24,000 nt of DNA. Origin: Aliivibrio sifiae (GTDB taxonomy: Bacteria; Pseudomonadota; Gammaproteobacteria; Enterobacterales; Vibrionaceae). Shown here piece by piece: positions 16,114 through 24,000 of the stretch; the stretch's first letter is position 1; every line of letters begins with the position of its first letter. The stretch lies in NCBI RefSeq assembly GCF_002954715.1, contig NZ_MSCP01000003.1, forward strand, positions 9,159 to 33,158, read 5' to 3'. Made by a program: the position numbers and the translations under genes. The notes under the pieces were generated by a model. It did no database searches, was not told the origin of the DNA, and saw only the letters and a program-made list of their open reading frames with translations.

Positions 16114-16686
16114 ATGCTCACAAATTTTATTAACCAACTCGATGGCTATGGTTTTACCACTGAAGAGATTGCAGAATTAATTCAACATAGCCATCAAGCA
16201 CAATTAACCTCAAAAAAAATCATTACTCGACAAGATGACGTAGCTGATAATCTCTACTTTCTTTTAGATGGTATTTGCCATGCTTCTTATCTTACTGATC
16301 ATGGGAAACAATTTAGTAAGGAGTTTTACTGGCAAGGCGATTGGATTGTTTGTTTTGAAGGCGTTATAAATAACACTAAATCACCTTATACTCTTGAAAC
16401 ATTAACTCCGACGACACTTTTGTCTTTACCTATTTCTTATATGAAACAATGGCGAACACAATCTCACCCTCTTTATATTAAATTATTAGAAACTCAACTA
16501 ATGTATAAAGAAAAAAAAGAGCGCTTCATGCTGCTTTATTCTCCTCAAGAAAAATATGAAATTTTCTGCCAAACATACCCTGAGTTAATTGAAAAATTAA
16601 ATGATTATCAAATTGCAGCTTATTTAGGAATTACTCATATCAGTTTAAGTAGAATTAAAGGCAGAATAAAAAATAAATTAACATAA
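16114..16686 (+). CDS. Crp/Fnr-family transcriptional regulator
   Basis: 190 aa. It has a cNMP-binding-like beta-barrel region (LYFLLDGICHASYLTDHGKQFSKEF) and a C-terminal HTH (YQIAAYLGITHISLSRIKGRI). It starts 18 nt after the acyltransferase stop, with no obvious SD. Confidence 0.75.
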   Translation: MLTNFINQLDGYGFTTEEIAELIQHSHQAQLTSKKIITRQDDVADNLYFLLDGICHASYLTDHGKQFSKEFYWQGDWIVCFEGVINNTKSPYTLETLTPTTLLSLPISYMKQWRTQSHPLYIKLLETQLMYKEKKERFMLLYSPQEKYEIFCQTYPELIEKLNDYQIAAYLGITHISLSRIKGRIKNKLT

Positions 16687-16750
16687 GTTAATGCTCAAAA
16701 AAGTCGGAATTGCTATCTTGTCATTTCAATTACGCACAGAGAATATCATT

Positions 16751-17203
16751 ATGATCCACTGGCAAAGCATTCCTTTTCATCAATTAACAACGGTTCAGTT
16801 ATATGAATTACTCCGCCTGAGAGTCGATGTCTTTGTTGTTGAACAAACTTGCCCTTATCCTGAATTAGACGGTAAAGACTGCGCTGAAGGCGTGCACCAC
16901 TTAATCGGTTATATAGATAATAATATCGTTGCTTGCGCACGGTTACTCCCTGCTGGTATTTCTTATAACAATGTAAGTATCGGCCGTGTTGCGACCAAAG
17001 AGAGTGCCAGAGGCAATGGACTTGGTCATAAGTTACTTTCTGAAGCATTACGCCAATGTGAGCAACTGTGGCCGAATACCGATATTGAAATTGGAGCTCA
17101 AGAACACTTGACCAATTTTTATCAAAACCATGGGTTTTTAGTGACGTCTGATATGTATTTAGAAGACGATATTCCTCATGTCGATATGCTGCTAGTTAAG
17201 TAA
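16751..17203 (+). CDS. elaA: GNAT family N-acetyltransferase, ElaA type
   Basis: From ATG 16751 the protein begins MIHWQSIPFHQLTTVQLYELLRLRVDVFVVEQTCPYPELDG and ends ...GAQEHLTNFYQNHGF...EDDIPHVDM. This closely parallels E. coli ElaA as I remember it. The track start at 16691 adds 20 unlikely residues. Confidence 0.8.
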   Translation: MIHWQSIPFHQLTTVQLYELLRLRVDVFVVEQTCPYPELDGKDCAEGVHHLIGYIDNNIVACARLLPAGISYNNVSIGRVATKESARGNGLGHKLLSEALRQCEQLWPNTDIEIGAQEHLTNFYQNHGFLVTSDMYLEDDIPHVDMLLVK

Positions 17204-17211
17204 TCTCTCTA

Positions 17212-18075
17212 ATGAAACTAAAAATGTCATCTATTAACCTAGCCATTTTATTACTTGTTCTCGGTAATCTAATGGCATCACTGTCTGATGTCGCGGTAAA
17301 AGTTTTGGAAGGTGGGGTATCGCCTTTTCAGTACATTTTTATTCGTCAGTTAGTTTCATTAGTTCTTATATTCCCTTTCTGGATTAGGCAATCTCGTGAA
17401 AAACGGCAAATAAGTAATATCAAAATAACCGCAATTCGTGCTCATATCGTCCTCATAGGCAGTGGTTGCATGGTTGTTTCTATTACTTATCTTTCTTTAG
17501 CAACTGCGAATGCTATTTTTTACACTGCTCCTCTGCTAATGATCCCTTTATCTATGCTGCTGTTAAAGGAAAAGCCATCAACAAAAAAAGTAATTCAAAC
17601 CCTCATTGGTTTCGTGGGTGTACTTATTATTTTAAGACCTTCTCAGTTTCATTGGGCTGCGATTTTTGCGTTAGGTACAGCGATAACCTTAGCCTTATTT
17701 AATATTTTGATCCGAAGAATACCAAATGAACAATCGGTTATTACCACACTATTGTGGACAACATTATTCTCATTACCTGCCTCAGGAACTCTCGCCCTGT
17801 TGTACTGGCAGCCACTGACTCTCCACACTTTTTTCTGGGTGGCACTAAGTGCGAGTTGTATTATTACGTACAATGGACTTGCGACAATGGCCTATAAAAA
17901 GGCACCTGCAACACAAATATCATTGGCTGAATATTCTGGACTTATTTTTGTGGTTTTATTCGGGGTATGGTGGTTTGATGAAGTGCCTGATGCGTTAACC
18001 CTAATAGGAATAGGATTAATTATTTTTCCTCTCATGCCAAAAGAATGGCTTTTACGCATAAGAGGAAAAAGATAA
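17212..18075 (+). CDS. DMT-superfamily (EamA-type) transporter
   Basis: 287 aa with about 10 TM helices arranged as two EamA-like halves. It starts 8 nt after elaA. The exact start (17212 or 17224) is uncertain. Confidence 0.8.
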   Translation: MKLKMSSINLAILLLVLGNLMASLSDVAVKVLEGGVSPFQYIFIRQLVSLVLIFPFWIRQSREKRQISNIKITAIRAHIVLIGSGCMVVSITYLSLATANAIFYTAPLLMIPLSMLLLKEKPSTKKVIQTLIGFVGVLIILRPSQFHWAAIFALGTAITLALFNILIRRIPNEQSVITTLLWTTLFSLPASGTLALLYWQPLTLHTFFWVALSASCIITYNGLATMAYKKAPATQISLAEYSGLIFVVLFGVWWFDEVPDALTLIGIGLIIFPLMPKEWLLRIRGKR

Positions 18076-18091
18076 TAGTCGTTGGATTGTA

Positions 18092-18754
18092 TTATTTACT
18101 GCGTCCAAAATTCCCATCGGACATCCTAAAGAACATAATCGCTTCGCCCTGACGTTCAATTTGAACAATGTCTAATTCGCCTTTTGTATTTAATTTAAAG
18201 CGAAAAAGTTGGCCTTTTTTAACATTACTTAATGGTTTATCTGCACCTTCAATTTTTACCACTTTATTTAATTCTGTCAGTGATAAATTATTTTTCCTAA
18301 AGACTTGGTACAGCGTATCACCTTCTTGAATTTTGTAATCATGCCATTTTGCAGCGCGTTGTTCCGGTTCTGATATTGATGCTTCTGTTGTCTTTTCTAC
18401 CGATCTCGCTATTCTTTTTTCTTGTTCTTTTTCATAAGGTGAAGGGGCATTTCTGAGTTCAGTTTCTTGCTCACTTAATCCTTCTAAATTCAGGCTAACA
18501 CTTTGTCTTTGCATTTCAGCCGCAAGGATCGCTGCAGGCTGAATGCTCTCCCCTTCTCCTTTCTCGCCACTTGGTAATAAAAATAAAACACAAGTAACTG
18601 GCACTAAAACTCGTAATGCTTTTCGATGAAATACAGGTAAACGTAGCCAATAAGGCGAAACACTTTCGATAAGAGGTGCGCACTTTTTCTTAAATATGGT
18701 CAATTGCTCTGAAAAATCTGGACGCTTTATGTTCATTTTATTTTTTTTATTCAT
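18092..18754 (-). CDS. ytfB: OapA/LysM-domain cell-envelope protein (YtfB-like)
   Basis: 220 aa. It has an N-terminal TM anchor (VLVPVTCVLFLL), a LysM motif (YKIQEGDTLYQVFRKNNLSLTELNKV) and a C-terminal OapA-like domain. GAGG lies 7 nt upstream of the ATG. It is divergent from fklB, as in E. coli. Confidence 0.75.
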   Translation of the reverse strand: MNKKNKMNIKRPDFSEQLTIFKKKCAPLIESVSPYWLRLPVFHRKALRVLVPVTCVLFLLPSGEKGEGESIQPAAILAAEMQRQSVSLNLEGLSEQETELRNAPSPYEKEQEKRIARSVEKTTEASISEPEQRAAKWHDYKIQEGDTLYQVFRKNNLSLTELNKVVKIEGADKPLSNVKKGQLFRFKLNTKGELDIVQIERQGEAIMFFRMSDGNFGRSK

Positions 18755-18893
18755 ACCATCGCCTCATGCGAAACTGGTGAGCTCACGTTTTATTCTAATA
18801 TCAGAGTGCAAAGAAGTACAAAAGTTTACCTTAAGCTTAGATCTCTGTATCCTTTAGTCTTTCGTTTATACCATATAAAGAAAGAGAGACAGC

Positions 18894-19514
18894 ATGTCTG
18901 AAGTTAAATTAGAAACAGTAGAGCAAAGAGCAAGCTACGGTATTGGTCTTCAAATGGGCCAACAACTTGCACAATCGGGTCTTGAAGGCCTAAACGTTGC
19001 AGCTATCGCTAAAGGCATCGCAACTTCATTAACTGGCGACATGCCAGAAATCGAAGTTGACGCTATCAACGAAGCGCTTCAAGCACTTCACATGCGTGCT
19101 GAAGAAGCTCGCGCTGAAGCATCTAAAGCAGCTGCTGCTGACGGTGAAGCTTTCCTAGCTGATAACGCTCTTCGTTCAGAAGTAACTGTACTTGAATCTG
19201 GTCTTCAATATGAAGTACTAACTGCAGGTACTGGTGAGATTCCAACTTCTGATAAAACAGTACGTGTTCATTACCACGGTATGTTAACTGACGGTACAGT
19301 ATTTGACAGCTCTGTAGATCGCGGTCAACCTGCTGAATTCCCAGTAACTGGTGTTATCGCTGGTTGGGTTGAAGCTCTTCAACTAATGCCTGTAGGTTCT
19401 AAGTGGAAACTAGCTATTCCACAAAACCTAGCATACGGTGAGCGTGGCGCTGGCGCTGCAATCCCTCCATATGCTGCTCTAGTATTTGAAGTAGAATTAC
19501 TAGAAATCGTTTAA
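18894..19514 (+). CDS. fklB: FKBP-type peptidyl-prolyl cis-trans isomerase
   Basis: 206 aa, the same length as E. coli FklB. It has an N-terminal dimerisation helix domain and an FKBP domain ([18 protein letters not shown]...[10 protein letters not shown]). Confidence 0.95.
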   Translation: MSEVKLETVEQRASYGIGLQMGQQLAQSGLEGLNVAAIAKGIATSLTGDMPEIEVDAINEALQALHMRAEEARAEASKAAAADGEAFLADNALRSEVTVLESGLQYEVLTAGTGEIPTSDKTVRVHYHGMLTDGTVFDSSVDRGQPAEFPVTGVIAGWVEALQLMPVGSKWKLAIPQNLAYGERGAGAAIPPYAALVFEVELLEIV

Positions 19515-19548
19515 TCTTTCTCAAAAAAGATTAAAAATAAAATTAGAA

Positions 19549-19577
19549 AGCGATGCCTATAGGCATCGCTTTTTTTA
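19549..19577 (+). terminator. Rho-independent terminator of fklB
   Basis: AGCGATGCCT (19549-19558) and AGGCATCGCT (19561-19570) are perfect reverse complements. They are followed by TTTTTTT (19571-19577). Confidence 0.85.
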
Positions 19578-19635
19578 TGTCATACTCTAATAGCATGTTA
19601 TAAAAACAGAACAATAATGTTAAAAGGAAATGACA

Positions 19636-20100
19636 ATGAAAAAAACACTTATTTTATCAACACTCGCACTATCATTAACCGCTGCTGCACCTGCTAACGC
19701 TTTTTTATCTAGCCTTTTTGGCGGTGATGACGCAGCAAAAACAGAAGAAGCAACAGCTTCAAATCCGTTAGTTGGTATGCTGACTGAAAACCTAGGTATT
19801 TCTGCCGATCAAGCCGCAGGTGGTGCTGGTGCATTACTCGCAATGGCAGGTAATGGTTTATCAAGCTCTGAGAGCTCTGAACTTAATAGCATGGTTCCAG
19901 GCCTTGAATCACTAACTGGAGCAATCCCTGGAGGATTAGGTAGCATGATTTCAAACATGGACAGTGTTAAAACTGCATTTTCTGCTCTAGGTCTAGACCC
20001 TGCATTAATTTCACAATTCACGCCATTAATTACTCAATACCTAACATCACAAGATGCAAGTTCAGGCCTGCTTGATTCTCTAACGTCATTATGGAAATAA
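19636..20100 (+). CDS. Secreted low-complexity protein, DUF2780-like
   Basis: I place the start at ATG 19636 (AGGA 7 nt upstream). It has the signal peptide MKKTLILSTLALSLTAAAPANA. The mature part is rich in G, S, A and L and contains LGISADQAAGGAGALLAMAG, as I recall for DUF2780. Confidence 0.65.
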   Translation: MKKTLILSTLALSLTAAAPANAFLSSLFGGDDAAKTEEATASNPLVGMLTENLGISADQAAGGAGALLAMAGNGLSSSESSELNSMVPGLESLTGAIPGGLGSMISNMDSVKTAFSALGLDPALISQFTPLITQYLTSQDASSGLLDSLTSLWK

Positions 20101-20120
20101 TGATTTTTTAATCGTAAATA

Positions 20121-20155
20121 AAAAAGACAGCGATTTTACTCGCTGTCTTTTTATT
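20121..20155. terminator. Bidirectional rho-independent terminator shared by the DUF2780-like gene and cysH
   Basis: AGACAGCGA (20125-20133) and TCGCTGTCT (20140-20148) are perfect reverse complements with a 6-nt loop. An A-run lies upstream and a T-run downstream, so a hairpin plus U-tract forms on both strands. Confidence 0.8.
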
Positions 20156-20178
20156 TATTAATGTCATTAGTATTAGAA

Positions 20179-20940
20179 TTAAATGCCAGAGCCTTCCGCC
20201 TCTGCATCATCTTCATGTAACCCACACTCTCTCTTTAATCCAAAAAACCGAGTGTCTTCTTCTTTCATTCCCGGTTCCCATTTCTGAGTTGTATGTGTAT
20301 CACCAACAGACAGATATCCTTCATCTCTTAATGGATGATAAGGTAATCCTTTCTCTTCCAAATAATAGTGGACATCTTTATTACTCCAATCGATAACCGG
20401 TAGAAATTTAAATACCCCATTTTGAATACTTAAAATAGGCAAATGTGAACGAGAAGAAGATTGACCACGACGTAATCCCGAAAACCAAACGCTCACTTCT
20501 AGTTTATCTAATGCCCTTCTCATGGGCTGAACTTTATTTAAGCGGTTATATTGTTTTAGCCCCTCAACGCCTTGTTCCCACAATTTACCGTAACGAGCTT
20601 CTTGCCACATTGGACTTTCATCTGCAGAAAATACCTGCAAATTCAAATTAAGCCGTTTTGTTAGATCATCAATAAATTGATACGTTTCAGGAAACAGGTA
20701 ACCAGTATCAGTTAAAATGACGGGAGTATCGGATTTAACATCCGTAACTAGTTGCAACATTACCGCAGCCTGAATTCCAAAACTTGAAGAAACCGCTGGT
20801 TTCCCTTCTAAGTTATCTAAAGCCCAAGATACTCGCTCTTGAGCTGTCAATTTTTCAAGCTCGGTATTAATTTCAGCCAAGCGTAAAATTTGCTCAACTT
20901 TATTTAATGACAACAGCTCTGACAGTTGCAATTTAAGCAT
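20179..20940 (-). CDS. cysH: Phosphoadenosine phosphosulfate (PAPS) reductase
   Basis: 253 aa. It has the C-terminal KRECGLH motif and only that single Cys. There is no CC...CxxC Fe-S cluster motif, so it is the PAPS type and not the APS type. Its start overlaps the cysI stop by 8 nt. Confidence 0.95.
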   Translation of the reverse strand: MLKLQLSELLSLNKVEQILRLAEINTELEKLTAQERVSWALDNLEGKPAVSSSFGIQAAVMLQLVTDVKSDTPVILTDTGYLFPETYQFIDDLTKRLNLNLQVFSADESPMWQEARYGKLWEQGVEGLKQYNRLNKVQPMRRALDKLEVSVWFSGLRRGQSSSRSHLPILSIQNGVFKFLPVIDWSNKDVHYYLEEKGLPYHPLRDEGYLSVGDTHTTQKWEPGMKEEDTRFFGLKRECGLHEDDAEAEGSGI

Positions 20941-22663
20941 AGAAGTCCCTTTTTGATACTTTCACTTCATCCACAATTCCAACTCTGATGGTAAAATCAC
21001 CAAAGCCTTCATTACCTTTACGCTCAGTTGCCCAGCGGCCAACAAGTTCATCTATTTCAGATAAAATTTGACGATCTGTAATGTTTTCTTTATACATTTT
21101 AGGGACACGAGTACCACTGCGATTACCGCCTAAATGGAAGTTATAACGACCAGGCGCTTTACCCACTAAACCAATTTCAGCAAGCATCGCACGACCACAA
21201 CCATTTGGGCATCCAGTGACACGGAAAATAATATTATCTTCTTTTGGGAGTTCATGTTTCTTTAAGACATCTTCAATCTCAGTAACAAACTCAGGCAAAA
21301 AACGCTCTGCTTCAGCCATCGCTAATGGACAAGTAGGAAATGCCACACATGCCATTGAGTTTTTACGCTGCTCTGAGTGTTCATCATCAATTAAGCCATG
21401 CTCTCGAGCAATTTGCTCTATCTGATCTTTTAGCTCAGCAGGTACACCAGCAACAATTAAGTTTTGATTGGCTGTCATTCTAAAATCACCTTGGTGAATC
21501 TTAGCGATCTCAGCAACCCCTGTTTTTAATGGCTTACCTGGGTAATCTAATAAACGACCATTTTCGATAAATAGTGCAAGGTGATGCTTACCATCAATGC
21601 CATCGACCCAACCAATTCGATCACCACGTTCTTTTAACTCGTAAGGGCGGCTTGCTTCAAATTGAATACCAGCACGTTTTTCAACTTCCGCTTTAAAGAC
21701 ATCAACACCAACACGATCTAACGTGTATTTTGTTTTTGCATTTTTACGATTTGAACGGTTACCCCAATCACGTTGAGTCGTAACCACCGCAGCTGCCACC
21801 TCTAGTGTCTTTTCTAGTGAAACAAAACCAAAATCATCCGCTTTACGTGGATACGTAGCAGTATCACCATGCGTCATCGCAAGACCACCACCAACTAATA
21901 CATTAAAACCAACCAGCTTTCCATTATCAGCGATAGCAATGAAATTTAAGTCATTAGCGTGCACGTCTACGTCATTTTGCGGTGGAATAACCACGGTAGT
22001 TTTAAATTTACGAGGAAGATAATTACTGCCTAAAATTGGCTCTTCATCTGTGGTTTCTAGTTTTTCACCATCTAACCAGATCTCTGCATAGGCACGTGTT
22101 TTTGGCAGCAGATGCTCGCTTATTTTTTTCGCCCACTCATACGCTTCTTGATGTAACTCAGACTCAACAGGATTGGTGGTACAAAGAACATTTCGGTTTA
22201 CATCGCCCGCAGTCGCAATCGAATCAATGCCAATGCTATTCAATGTTTGGTGCATTAATTTAATATTTGGTTTTAATACCCCATGAAACTGAAACGTTTG
22301 GCGAGTCGTTAAACGTAAGCTGCCATAAGAGGTATTTTCTTCAGCAAACTTATCAATCGCTAACCATTGTTTTGGGGTGATAATTCCACCAGGCATACGT
22401 GCACGAAGCATTACGTTATGCAATGGTTCTAATTTTTGCTTTGCACGCTCAGCACGAATATCTCTATCATCTTGTTGATACATGCCGTGAAAGCGGATCA
22501 ATTGGAAGTTATCCTTGGTAAAACCACCGGTAATGCGATCTTGAAGATCTTCTACGATCGTCCCTCGAAGACTTTTACTTTCACGCTTTAGACGCTCGTT
22601 ATCCGCTAATGGGCCAAGTTCAGTGCCTGATAAGATTGTTTTTACTGCTATTTGCTCGCTCAT
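20933..22663 (-). CDS. cysI: Sulfite reductase (NADPH) hemoprotein beta subunit
   Basis: 576 aa. It has the siroheme/4Fe-4S ligand motifs [15 protein letters not shown] and TGCPNGCGR. Its ATG overlaps the cysJ TAA (TAATG). Confidence 0.95.
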   Translation of the reverse strand: MSEQIAVKTILSGTELGPLADNERLKRESKSLRGTIVEDLQDRITGGFTKDNFQLIRFHGMYQQDDRDIRAERAKQKLEPLHNVMLRARMPGGIITPKQWLAIDKFAEENTSYGSLRLTTRQTFQFHGVLKPNIKLMHQTLNSIGIDSIATAGDVNRNVLCTTNPVESELHQEAYEWAKKISEHLLPKTRAYAEIWLDGEKLETTDEEPILGSNYLPRKFKTTVVIPPQNDVDVHANDLNFIAIADNGKLVGFNVLVGGGLAMTHGDTATYPRKADDFGFVSLEKTLEVAAAVVTTQRDWGNRSNRKNAKTKYTLDRVGVDVFKAEVEKRAGIQFEASRPYELKERGDRIGWVDGIDGKHHLALFIENGRLLDYPGKPLKTGVAEIAKIHQGDFRMTANQNLIVAGVPAELKDQIEQIAREHGLIDDEHSEQRKNSMACVAFPTCPLAMAEAERFLPEFVTEIEDVLKKHELPKEDNIIFRVTGCPNGCGRAMLAEIGLVGKAPGRYNFHLGGNRSGTRVPKMYKENITDRQILSEIDELVGRWATERKGNEGFGDFTIRVGIVDEVKVSKRDFYA

Positions 22664-24000
22664 TAGTACACATCCCTTTGGTAACGTTTCGCCTTACGCA
22701 GATCATTTACAAATTGTTCTGCTTCTTCTCTGTTCTTTTTACCTTGTTGTTCAACAATAGTAATCAATGCATCATGTACATCTTTTGCCATGCGAGTTGC
22801 ATCACCACATACGTAAATATAAGCACCATCTTGTAGCCACTGCCACACTTGTGCGGAATGCCCAAGAATACGATGTTGTACATAGACTTTCTCTTGTTGA
22901 TCTCGACTAAAGGCAACATCTAGTTGATTTACAACACCTGATTTAAGGTATTTCTGCCATTCCACTTGGTATAAGAAATCTTGCGTGAAAGTTCTATCAC
23001 CAAAGAATAACCAGTTTTTACCTTCAGCATCACGGTTGTCACGCTCTTGCACAAATGAGCGAAACGGTGCGATACCAGTACCAGGGCCAATCATGATCAC
23101 TGGGGTATTATCATCTTGGGGAAGTTTGAAATTATTATTGTGTTCAATAAACACTTTAACTTCATCCCCCTCTTCTAGGCGGTGAGATAAGAAGCTAGAG
23201 GCGCCACCAAATCGAGTGTCATCGCCTTGTTGGTATTCAACAACAGCAACCGTTAAATGTACCTCTTCATCCACTTCAGTTTGACTTGAAGCAATAGAAT
23301 ATAAACGGGGAGTTAAACGACGCAGTAAACCAACTAATTGCTCTGCGGTTAATTTTGTTTTCTTTTCTGATAACAGATCAATGACTTGGGTATTGCCCGC
23401 ATATTGGCGTAACTTATCTTTGTCTTGAGCTAGCTTCTCTAATTTTTTACTGCCTGATAATTCTGAAAATTTAGCCACTTGCTGTGGGTTTGCCGAAGTA
23501 ATTTCATATTTTTCGACTAACGCTTTTTGCAGAGAAATAGACTCTCCATCAACCTCAACTAGCTCTTCGCCAGTTAAACCGATTTGTTTTAAGATCGCAG
23601 CCGCTAACTCAGGACTATTTTCAAACCAAACACCAAGCGCGTCACCCGGTTGATAAGTTAAGCCTGAATCTTCCAAATCAATTTCAATATGACGAACATC
23701 TTTGCCAGAATCTCGGCCCGTTATTTTTTGGCTAGCTAATAGCGTCGCTGTATAAGGGTTTTGTTTTGAATATTGAGAATGGCTATGTGCAGCTTGACCA
23801 ACAGGTAATTGCACTACCTGTCCATTTTTAGAGTCATCACCAGTAGATAAGGTTTCTTTTACTTTTTCTAACGCTTGCTTGCGCCAGTCTGCGGCTGGTG
23901 CTTCATAATCCACATCTAAATCGATACGCTCAATAAATGGCGTCGCGCCTTTCTTAGATAAGTACGCATCAAAATCTTTACCAGTTTGGCAGAAGAACTC
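22663..24000 (-). CDS. cysJ: Sulfite reductase (NADPH) flavoprotein alpha subunit, 3' portion (N-terminal flavodoxin domain outside window)
   Basis: It has the FAD motif RLYSIASS, the NADPH motif [12 protein letters not shown] and the C-terminal RYQRDVY. The frame stays open upstream of the track's first Met to position 24000 (…[36 protein letters not shown]…). Confidence 0.95.
   Translation of the reverse strand, partial: EFFCQTGKDFDAYLSKKGATPFIERIDLDVDYEAPAADWRKQALEKVKETLSTGDDSKNGQVVQLPVGQAAHSHSQYSKQNPYTATLLASQKITGRDSGKDVRHIEIDLEDSGLTYQPGDALGVWFENSPELAAAILKQIGLTGEELVEVDGESISLQKALVEKYEITSANPQQVAKFSELSGSKKLEKLAQDKDKLRQYAGNTQVIDLLSEKKTKLTAEQLVGLLRRLTPRLYSIASSQTEVDEEVHLTVAVVEYQQGDDTRFGGASSFLSHRLEEGDEVKVFIEHNNNFKLPQDDNTPVIMIGPGTGIAPFRSFVQERDNRDAEGKNWLFFGDRTFTQDFLYQVEWQKYLKSGVVNQLDVAFSRDQQEKVYVQHRILGHSAQVWQWLQDGAYIYVCGDATRMAKDVHDALITIVEQQGKKNREEAEQFVNDLRKAKRYQRDVY

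Noticed and set aside
16691-16750. Upstream start for the ElaA-type acetyltransferase at 16691
   Set aside because: ElaA homologues, as I recall them, begin MI.WQ, which matches the Met at 16751. The extra 20 residues are hydrophobic and would be atypical for a cytoplasmic GNAT. This is not fully excluded.
12351-17873. ORFs 12351-12554, 15497-15691, 16749-17048, 17466-17702 and 17649-17873
   Set aside because: They are nested within the ATP-grasp, acyltransferase, elaA and DMT genes, either antisense or in an alternative frame. The host genes have clear family motifs, so these are most likely spurious.
11976-18752. A/T homopolymer runs of 8-9 nt inside coding regions as possible phase-variation switches. 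Examples are A8 near 11987, A8 near 12465, A9 near 14727, and T8 near 18741 in the ytfB-like 5' end.
   Set aside because: Such runs encode Lys/Phe-rich stretches and are common in AT-rich genomes. All the frames are intact here, and the genes are not typical contingency loci. Without population data there is no support for slipped-strand switching.
20179-20940. cysH as an APS (rather than PAPS) reductase
   Set aside because: The protein contains a single cysteine, in the ECGLH motif. It lacks the CC...CxxC iron-sulfur motif that defines APS reductases.
19809-23185. ORFs 19809-20021, 20445-20651, 21216-21425, 22036-22263, 22609-22836 and 22985-23185
   Set aside because: They are embedded in the DUF2780-like gene or in cysH, cysI and cysJ on the opposite strand. 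None shows independent coding evidence.
1-24000. CRISPR arrays, tRNA/rRNA genes, IS elements, integrases, prophage or toxin-antitoxin/defence modules
   Set aside because: I found no regularly spaced direct repeats, no cloverleaf-capable conserved tRNA motifs in the intergenic regions, and no ORF with transposase, integrase, nuclease-helicase or toxin-like motifs. All long ORFs are accounted for by the metabolic, transport and envelope functions above.

Overview
The window looks like a core chromosomal region of an AT-rich gammaproteobacterium. Gene content and order suggest Vibrionaceae (Aliivibrio, Vibrio or Photobacterium-like), but that is inference only. I support about 24 protein-coding genes and find no rRNA, tRNA, CRISPR array, transposase or integrase.

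Left to right:
- The end of an FtsX-type ABC transporter cluster (ATPase fragment, permease, DUF3299 protein). It resembles the Zur-regulated ZrgBCD-type system of Vibrio.
- A DUF2806-like orphan gene behind a long AT-rich leader.
- A minus-strand sulfate-activation operon: cysD, cysN, an SLC13/DASS permease, then cysC.
- Divergent cpdB.
- A same-strand string of nine tightly packed genes at 10845-18075.
- Divergent ytfB-like and fklB genes.
- A small secreted protein.
- The minus-strand cysJIH sulfite/PAPS reductase operon, with cysJ running off the right edge.

The most interesting part is the first six genes of the 10845-18075 string (10845-16095). They encode a DedA/VTT membrane protein, an ATP-grasp ligase, a DinB-like protein, an NRDE/TANGO2-like protein with Cys2, an exported YHS-domain protein, and an OlsF-like PlsC+GNAT bifunctional lipid acyltransferase. 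They are translationally coupled, and I know of no characterised pathway that combines them. I propose they form an uncharacterised system for making, remodelling and translocating an amino-acid or peptide lipid, possibly with thiol/redox chemistry. All product calls rest on motif recognition by eye. No database search was possible.
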